Assembly: GCF_001194135.2 (NCBI RefSeq)
Contig: NC_068995.1
Span: forward strand, 39,899,922 to 39,940,679
DNA: 40,758 nucleotides
Direction of reading: 5' to 3'
Origin: Octopus bimaculoides
Taxonomy: Eukaryota
Of the stretch, positions 33,412-40,758 are shown piece by piece. A model generated the notes under the pieces. That model saw nothing but the letters and a program-made list of their open reading frames with translations. It was not told where the DNA came from and did not search any database. Each line of letters begins with the position of its first letter. Positions within the stretch are counted from its first letter, which is position 1. The position numbers and the translations under genes are program-made.

Positions 33412-34038
33412 TATTCGTTGAACAAAACACATATTTCGGAATTTGAACTACGCATTTGCATTCTTAGCAGAAAAAAGATTTAAATATGCAAATTAGGTAA
33501 AGTATATGAAATAGCATATGATAACAACTGGTTCGGTANNNNNNNNNNNNNNNNNNNNNNNNNNNNNNNNNNNNNNNNNNNNNNNNNNNNNNNNNNNNNN
33601 NNNNNNNNNNNNNNNNNNNNNNNNNNNNNNNNNNNNNNNNNNNNNNNNNNNNNNNNNNNNNNNNNNNNNNNNNNNNNNNNNNNNNNNNNNNNNNNNNNNN
33701 NNNNNNNNNNNNNNNNNNNNNNNNNNNNNNNNNNNNNNNNNNNNNNNNNNNNNNNNNNNNNNNNNNNNNNNNNNNNNNNNNNNNNNNNNNNNNNNNNNNN
33801 NNNNNNNNNNNNNNNNNNNNNNNNNNNNNNNNNNNNNNNNNNNNNNNNNNNNNNNNNNNNNNNNNNNNNNNNNGTGTGTGTATGAGTGTGTGTGTGAGAG
33901 AGAGTGTGTGTGTGTGTATGAGTGTGTGTGTGAGAGTGTGTGTGTGTGTGTGTGTGTCTGAGTGAGTGTGTGTATGTGAAAGAGAGAAAGAGGAATAAAA
34001 GGCCTGTTGCAGGAAATATATATGCGTGTGTTATATGC

Positions 34039-34083
<45 letters not shown>

Positions 34084-34364
34084 GTGTGTGTACATACATA
34101 CATACATACATACATGCATACATATGTATGTGTGTGTGTGTGTATGTCTGTGTCTGTGTCTGTGTTTGTGAGTGGATAAAGTCACAGGCATACGTACCTA
34201 CATAATATGTATCAACTCACACAAACATACAAATATTATGATAAATATATATATACATACCTATATATGTGCGCACGCGTGTGTGTGTGTGTACGCATGT
34301 GTATATGAATGTTTGTATGTATGTATAAAAGAAAATATTGGGAATGTATCGGTGTACCTACATA

Positions 34365-34600
34365 TGTGAATGTGAGTGTGAGTCTGTGTACCTGTGTGTA
34401 TATGAGTGTGTGTACGTGTGCGTGCATTTGTATATATGTGAGTGTGTCTGTGTGCCTGTGTGTATATGAGTGTGTTTGTGTACGTGTGTGTATTTGTATA
34501 TATGTGTCTGTGCGTATGTGAGTGTGTGTACGTGTGTGTGCATTCGTATATATGTGAGTGTGTGTCTGTGTGTCTGTGTGTATGTGAGTGTGTGTACGCT
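34365..34600. repeat. Higher-order repeat of roughly 60-bp units built from GT-rich microsatellite variants
   Basis: Recurring atgtgagtgtg..tctgtgt.cctgtgtgtatatgagtgtgtgtacgtgtg.gtgcatttgtatat, 3-4 imperfect units. Confidence 0.6.
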
Positions 34601-35602
34601 TGTTTACTTCTATGCCTGTGAAGCAACAGATTGACAATGTGGTAGTGTGGAAGCCTAGTAGTCTAGCAATAGAAAATAGCACATTGATAGAGACTAGCAG
34701 ACAGGTGCTATAATTCGGTTAGTGGTTAAGATCGATATAGAATCAGTCAGTTGTGGTTGCGTTGTAAGTTATTTACTTGCAAAATCTTGTTGCTAACAGG
34801 GTCGGTCGACTTACTTTGAAAAGGCTGCTCGGGGCTTTCCGCTAAATTTGATTACAATCGTTATTGTTATTGTTGTCGTTCTTGTTGTTGCTGTTGTTGG
34901 CGGTGGTGTTGCTGTTGGTGTTGTTACTGTTTAATCCCATGTCGACACTGACCAAACACCTTCCTCTGTGTGTGTGTATATGTGCGTGCATCTGTGTGTG
35001 TTTTTGAGTGCATACACAAATATATATTCATGTTATTATGCATACATATATGTATGATTGAAAGAAGCCCATCGTAATATTTCATAAGATGAAATACATC
35101 GAAACCGATAATATTAATATTTCTATTTATATAACCTTTTATTAAATTCCCTCTTAAACTGAGATGTCTTAGATTTAATTCTGTGCTATTTCCGCCTCCA
35201 TCTTATATATNNNNNNNNNNNNNNNNNNNNNNNNNNNNNNNNNNNNNNNNNNNNNNNNNNNNNNNNNNNNNNNNNNNNNNNNNNNNNNNNNNNNNNNNNN
35301 NNNNNNNNNNNNNNNNNNNNNNNNNNNNNNNNNNNNNNNNNNNNNNNNNNNNNNNNNNNNNNNNNNNNNNNNNNNNNNNNNNNNNNNNNNNNNNNNNNNN
35401 NNNNNNNNNNNNNNNNNNNNNNNNNNNNNNNNNNNNNNNNNNNNNNNNNNNNNNNNNNNNNNNNNNNNNNNNNNNNNNNNNNNNNNNNNNNNNNNNNNNN
35501 NNNNNNNNNNNNNNNNNNNNNNNNNNNNNNNNNNNNNNNNNNNNNNNNNNNNNNNNNNNNNNNNNNNNNNNNNNNNNNNNNNNATATATATATATATATA
35601 TA

Positions 35603-35790
35603 AAGCCAACAATTTCGGGGAAGAATGTAAGTCGATTACATCAACCCGCCCAGTGGCCCAACTGGTATTTATTTTACCGATTTCGAAAGGATGAAAGGCA
35701 AAGTAGACCTCGGAGAAATTCGAACTCAGAACGTAACGACGGTAAGCATCTTGTATGACGTGCTAAACATTCTGCCAGCTCGCTACCTTG
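35603..35790 (-). mobile_element. SINE family B
   Basis: aagtcgattacatcaac..caactggtattt..gaaaggatgaaaggcaaagtagacctcgg..gaactcagaacg..ttctgccagctcgctacctt. Confidence 0.85.
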
Positions 35791-36003
35791 ATATATGTAT
35801 ACATCAATGTTTGTCCTTATGTAGAGTTATTATATATAAAAAACAAAAGCATTTTAATTAACATGAAACTGAAGAATTACTGAATACTTGTTTTTGTTGT
35901 TGTTGAGTAGATATTTATTATACTTTTACAAGAAGAATGGTGTCAGTGATTTCAGATTTTCGTCCTGCTAGATTTCGAACACCTTCTTGATCTTGGGTGA
36001 GTG

Positions 36004-36081
<78 letters not shown>

Positions 36082-36090
36082 AAGATAGAT
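36004..36090. repeat. (GATA)n/(GACA)n microsatellite
   Basis: Visible. Confidence 0.95.
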
Positions 36091-36100
36091 ATCTTCCATC

Positions 36101-36278
36101 TTTTACTTGATTCAGTCATTGGACTGTGGCTATACTGGATTACCGCCTTGAAGGGTGTAGTCGAACAAATTGACACCAGCGCTTATTTTTAAGTCTGACA
36201 CTAATTTATCGGTTCCTTATTGTCAAACCGCTATGTTATAGAGATAAAGAAACTAACACTAGTTGTCAAGCGTTGGGG
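36101..36278 (-). mobile_element. SINE family A, 3' half
   Basis: ttttacttgattcagtcattggactgtggc..accgccttgaaggg..tagtcgaacaaattgac..ttgtcaagcg. Confidence 0.75.
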
Positions 36279-36554
36279 AAATCAAATACATCACAACGAT
36301 AACGGTAAAGCCCTCAGCCGGAGTCTTTGAGGAATGTGGGTTCGAGTTCCATGGCTGTTTGTTGAAAAGTTTTTCCGCTTTATAAGGGTAGTTTACCCAA
36401 TATTTCTGCTGTTCTAAAGGCGTTTCTGCGTTCGAAAAAATTCTCATGCTATTTGTATTGTACCATACATGTTTCGATGCTTATAAAAACACATACACAT
36501 ATATGAATGTGTGTGTGTGTGTGTGTGTGTGTGTTTCTGTCTGTTTTTTAATCC

Positions 36555-36740
36555 CACTGTTAGACAATCAGTATGCGTTTGTTTACAACCCCGTAACTTA
36601 GCAGTTCGGCAAAAACCCGTTGGAATAACTCCAGAATTTATAAAAAAAAAAAGAAGAAACATCATAGGTACTGTAGACGATTTGTTCGACTTAAACTCAT
36701 CAATGCTCTGTTCCAGCATGACCAATTCCAATTACTGACA
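36555..36740 (+). mobile_element. SINE family A, 3' half
   Basis: gtttgtttacaaccccgtaacttagcagttcggcaaaa..gatttgttcgact..ttccagcatgacc. Confidence 0.75.
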
Positions 36741-37087
36741 CACGTTTTAGATAAATGATCAAAAAAGAATGCTCAGTGACCGTTCTAAGCAAGTAAAATA
36801 AAACAACGATTGTCGCCATTATTGAACGCTTCTCGTCTCAAAGTAATTTGATCTACTGGGACATATTGAGATCAAATATTTGATTGTGCATCAATTATCG
36901 GTATCTATCAATGAGGTAATTAAATGTAATTGGTTCGGTGTAGGTTATGAAATTTGGATAACGCAGCGTTCGTGCCGTTGTTGATGACGTACATGAAGAA
37001 AATGACTCTCTGATTGGGAATTGAAATCGGAGTTTAAAACCATATCACACTTGCAAAGAAATCATTATATATGACCTTTCAGGATCT

Positions 37088-37089
37088 GT

Positions 37090-37123
<34 letters not shown>

Positions 37124-37170
37124 TGCTGCAACTACTACTAATACTAATACTAAAACTGCTGCTGCAGTTC
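37088..37170. repeat. (GCT)n/(ACT)/(AAT) trinucleotide tract
   Basis: Visible. Confidence 0.85.
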
Positions 37171-37328
37171 CATTACTATAATGTACTACACAACATAGCT
37201 ACAGATTTGTCAATTAACATTGTGTTACGACAACAGTAAACAATGTTTCTCTACAGTATGTTCGTGCTCAGATAAAGAGCGAGGAGAGAAACGTACGTAC
37301 AGATGTGCCCTTTTTCTGTCCACGAATA

Positions 37329-38642
37329 CGAGGGTGGGCAGAAAATTTCGTAGTCAGATAATGAATTGAAAATTTCATGCACTGACTATGAAGAGTGATG
37401 CTTCAGCTGTGAAACCTTGCATGCAATAATTTCAACTTTCCTTATTAATAACTGCATTGTTTCTTTCAAGGTAAACTGACAGCTGATTGTTCAGAGAAGA
37501 CTTCAAAAGTAATAGCAACTTCTCTTGAAACTAGGCAAAAATTGGCATCGTTGTGTTATCAAGTACCAGCAGAAAAAGGGTTTAACACCCAAGGACATTC
37601 ATGCTGATACGGTTGCTACATTAGGAGAAGATACTCCAGCTTTTTCAAGAATGTGAAATTGGGCAGCTGAATTTAGAAGAAGGGAGAGTATTGAAAATAT
37701 CCCAAGGTCTAGACGTCCTGCAACTGCCACCACCGAAGGTAACATTGATCGTGTTCATCACAAGATGCTGGATGACAAGCGATTGACAATAAGTCAAATA
37801 GTTCATGATATTAGCATATTTCATAAGTGATTTGAGAATATTTTGCACAATGAACTTGGCATGACAAAGGTTTTTGCTCACTGGGTGCCACCTCTTCTGA
37901 CACCTGATCAAAAGCGCACCAGACTGATCACATCACAGGAAAATCTGGCATTGTTTGACGTAGATTTAGCTGGTTTCTTTGACCATTTCGTAACCTAGGA
38001 TGAGTGTTGGGTTCATCACTTTGAGCCAGATACAAAGAGACAATCCATGCAGTGGAAACACACTTCCTCACCAGCTCCAAAGAAGGCCAAGGCCATTTTC
38101 ATCCTCAGAGGTGATGGCCTCAGTTAGTTGGGAGGCAAAAGGCATTGTATTTATTGACCATCTTAAAAAAGGCCATAACATCAATGGAGAGCTCAATACC
38201 AAGTTGCTGAGGTAGTTACAAAAGTCTATCAAACACCAAACGCCCAGGAAAACTAACGAAAGGGTCTTGTTTCATCAAGGTAATACTCTAGCACGGAAAG
38301 CCTTAGGTTCAATGGCTGTTGTATGTGACTGTGGCTTTTAACTGGTTGATCAACCTCCCTATTCTCCTGATTTATCTGCATCTGTCTATCATCTGTTAAA
38401 AAAAACATGAAAAAACATGTGGCTGGGAACCAGTATCGCTGTGATGATGACGTTATATCTGATGTTGTTGACTTCTTTTTTACCCACGTGATGAAAGCCT
38501 CTTCATCATTGGAATCCAAGCATTTCAACACCGATGGAAGAAGTGTGTGAACTGCAAGGGAGACTGTGTTGAAAAATGAACCTCATTTGGTCGTATGCCA
38601 TGGGATTACTTTGGTCATCCAATGAGCTTTTCAGCCGACCCT
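37329..38642 (+). mobile_element. Full-length (about 1.3 kb) decayed mariner (DD34D) DNA transposon
   Basis: Left end TA-cgagggtgggcagaaaatttcgtag. Right end caatgagcttttcagccgaccct, whose reverse complement agggtcggctgaaaagctcattg is an imperfect TIR match. A transposase pseudogene lies inside. Confidence 0.92.
37532..38579 (+). pseudogene. Mariner transposase pseudogene (stops and frameshifts; two catalytic Asp altered)
   Basis: HWVPPLLTPDQKRTR (WVPHEL motif), FVT*DECWVHHFEPDTKRQSMQWK, VMASVSWEAKGIVFIDHL, LFHQGN (normally HxDN), DQPPYSPDLSASVYHL (normally YSPDLAPSDYHL), ..RWKKCVNCKGDCVEK*. Confidence 0.92.
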
Positions 38643-38805
38643 TTCTCTTTTACTCTTTTACTTGTTTCAGTCGTTTGACTGCGGCCATGCTGGAGCTCCG
38701 CCTTTAGTCGAGAAAATCGATCCCAGGACTTATTCTTTGTAAACCAAGTATTTATTCTATCGGTCTCTTTTGCCGAATCGCTCGGTGACGGAGACATAAA
38801 CACAC
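38643..38805 (-). mobile_element. SINE family A, 3' half, abutting the mariner right TIR
   Basis: ttttacttgtttcagtcgtttgactgcggccatgctggagc.ccgcctttagtcgag..caggacttattctttgtaa..tcggtctcttttgccgaa. Confidence 0.9.
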
Positions 38806-39004
38806 CTATTATAGAAAAATATTTTTTTCACTGACCGTAACACAGAGAAATGCCACACAGAAATAAATGTATAGGTATGCTGTATAATATATTATAGCTC
38901 ACGCACACACGCACACGCACGCATGCGCACATAGGTATGTATGTGTATATANNNNNNNNNNNNNNNNNNNNNNNNNNNNNNNNNTATATATATATATATA
39001 TATG

Positions 39005-39170
39005 GGAGAGTGTACGAAAAAACAACAACAGACGAGGACAGGTGGTGTAAATAACAAAAGGATGTATTAGTATGACGTTCGGGAATACGGAAAGTCTTTG
39101 ACGTTTCGAGCTACGCTCTTCGACAGAAAGAATACGGAGACAAGGAGAAAAACACGGAGAAAAAAAACAC
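39005..39170 (-). mobile_element. Short ORF-less repeat carrying a hammerhead motif (related to 11215-11455)
   Basis: Shared flanking motifs as listed for the 11.2 kb copy. Confidence 0.6.
39095..39131 (-). ncRNA. Minimal type-I hammerhead ribozyme motif
   Basis: RNA sense: UCUUU-CUGUCGA-A-GAGC GUA GCUC-GAAAC-GUC/AAAGA. Perfect 5-bp helix I, 4-bp helix II, ACGU helix III, canonical GUC triplet. One core change (CUGUCGA for CUGANGA). Confidence 0.65.
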
Positions 39171-39374
39171 GGATCCTGTTATACTTTAGTCCGACAGAAG
39201 CAAGTCTTTGGTGCATAAGTAACTTAGGACAGCATCACTGTTCTACAACGCACAACTAACACCGAGAGCAAGAAGGGTAGGCAAAACGAGATGATACGTA
39301 GAACAGAAATTACACACCACCCTGTAAAGTTTTATCATACACAAACATCGGATATTACATATTTGATTGTAATG

Positions 39375-39475
39375 GCAGGCTGGTTGAATCGTTAGTCGGA
39401 CAAAATGCTTTGTGGCATTTTTTCCGGTTTTACGTTCTGAGCTCAAATGCCACCGAGGTCGTCCTCGCTTTTCAT
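39375..39475 (+). mobile_element. SINE family B, 5' fragment
   Basis: gaatcgttagtcggacaaaatgctt..tttacgttctgagctcaaatgccaccgaggtcg. Confidence 0.7.
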
Positions 39476-39519
39476 TTTTTTAACGTCTAGCAATTTTTTT
39501 CTACCAGACTCATCAGCGC

Positions 39520-39705
39520 GCCGGAAAAAAATTGTTAGTAGCACTTCTTCTAGCTTTATATTCCGAATCCAAAGATTGCCGAACCTGACATTGTCTCTTA
39601 ACTTTTTGGTGTCTATAAAATAAAATGCCTGTCAAGTTCTGGAATCGATGTACTCGTCTTGATCCTTCCGCTAAAGTTGCTGGCCTAGTACCAAAATTAG
39701 AAAGA
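39520..39705 (+). mobile_element. SINE family B, heavily decayed
   Basis: ..ctataaaataaaat..ggaatcgatgta..aaagttgctggcctagtaccaaaattagaaa, followed by a (GAAA)n tail. Confidence 0.55.
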
Positions 39706-40269
39706 AAGAAAGAAAGAAATAATTGTATAGTGGTTCGATAAGTCAGAAATAGCAGACAATTTTCTCTGAATCATATTTTAATCCCTTAACAAAATGGATG
39801 AAACATGGAATCATGAACTTATCCAAAAATATGTCACGGCTAGAAAGCCCTTGGTCACTGGTTACCTCGATCAAGGCCAACATAACGATAAAAAAAATAG
39901 TAATCCAATGAGGGTAAGATAATAAAGCTTTAGTTTAGATTCGAACTCAACATGAAGGGTTTACAAAAATAATAACAAAGCACGGCAATTTATTTTGGTT
40001 CCTAAAAAAAAATCATGGAGTACATAATACTCTCTAGACAATTTTTGAGTAGTTAATCAGGAGGTGATTAATGTTTTCCTCGCTGTTCGGAGGTATCCAA
40101 ATACTTCTGTTTCAAATTTATTTGTCATTAGCAGTTTATTCCTGTGTAATAGATAAATACGTAATTTGTCTGACAGATAAATACATTAATTATCCTGTTC
40201 ATAATCGGTTTATGTGGTTGGTATTTCTTATTTGACTAATCATTGCAGTTATAATAGATATATCTCCAC

Positions 40270-40270
40270 T

Positions 40271-40341
<71 letters not shown>

Positions 40342-40386
40342 TAGATAGATAGATAGATATATATATAGATAGATATATATATAGAT

Positions 40387-40452
<66 letters not shown>

Positions 40453-40475
40453 ATAGACAGATAGATAGATAGATA
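40270..40475. repeat. (TA)n/(GATA)n compound microsatellite
   Basis: Visible. Confidence 0.95.
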
Positions 40476-40726
40476 TAATTTGTTTACGGAGAAACGTTTT
40501 AAGCATGCATATAAAGCTCTTATTCCACTATGCCGACCACAGTCTAATGATGCTGACTAGCGAACCACTTTTATGGGGTGGCATCGAGCTGTACCAATAT
40601 AATGTAGGATACATATAGTGATAACAATAATCCTTGGGTGGAATTTATAAACATTTACTGCATCACTACGCACGATTGTGGAAACGCACGTACCGATGCA
40701 TTGTTTATAATTTCCATCTAAGGATT

Positions 40727-40758
<32 letters not shown>

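Noticed and set aside
40540-40570. Hammerhead-like CTAATGA-T-GCT GACT AGC-GAAC
   Set aside because: Two core mismatches, and no helix I, helix III or NUH could be built. At most a very decayed copy.

Overview
This is repeat-rich, AT-rich animal genomic DNA from a fragmented short-read assembly: 11 N-gaps, nearly all abutting microsatellites. The repeat families look like those of Octopus (cephalopod), a call made from recognition alone with no search. No host protein-coding gene can be supported; there is only one weak 120-nt candidate exon. The ORF track is almost entirely microsatellite or gap read-through. The window holds about 30 copies or fragments of four tRNA-derived SINE families, decayed non-LTR fragments (RTE-type x4, L1/Tx1-type, CR1-group), three different mariner remnants (one full-length) and many simple repeats. 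The most interesting signals are: (1) three minimal type-I hammerhead-ribozyme folds with palindromic helix III in short ORF-less repeats, suggesting a Penelope-LTR/retrozyme-like system; (2) a near-perfect 360-bp fold-back inside an old SINE that pivots repeatedly on the palindrome AAGTACTT; (3) a TA-flanked mariner derivative built from two inverted 5' ends. All alignments and folds were done by eye, and most element boundaries are approximate (about +/-10-20 bp).
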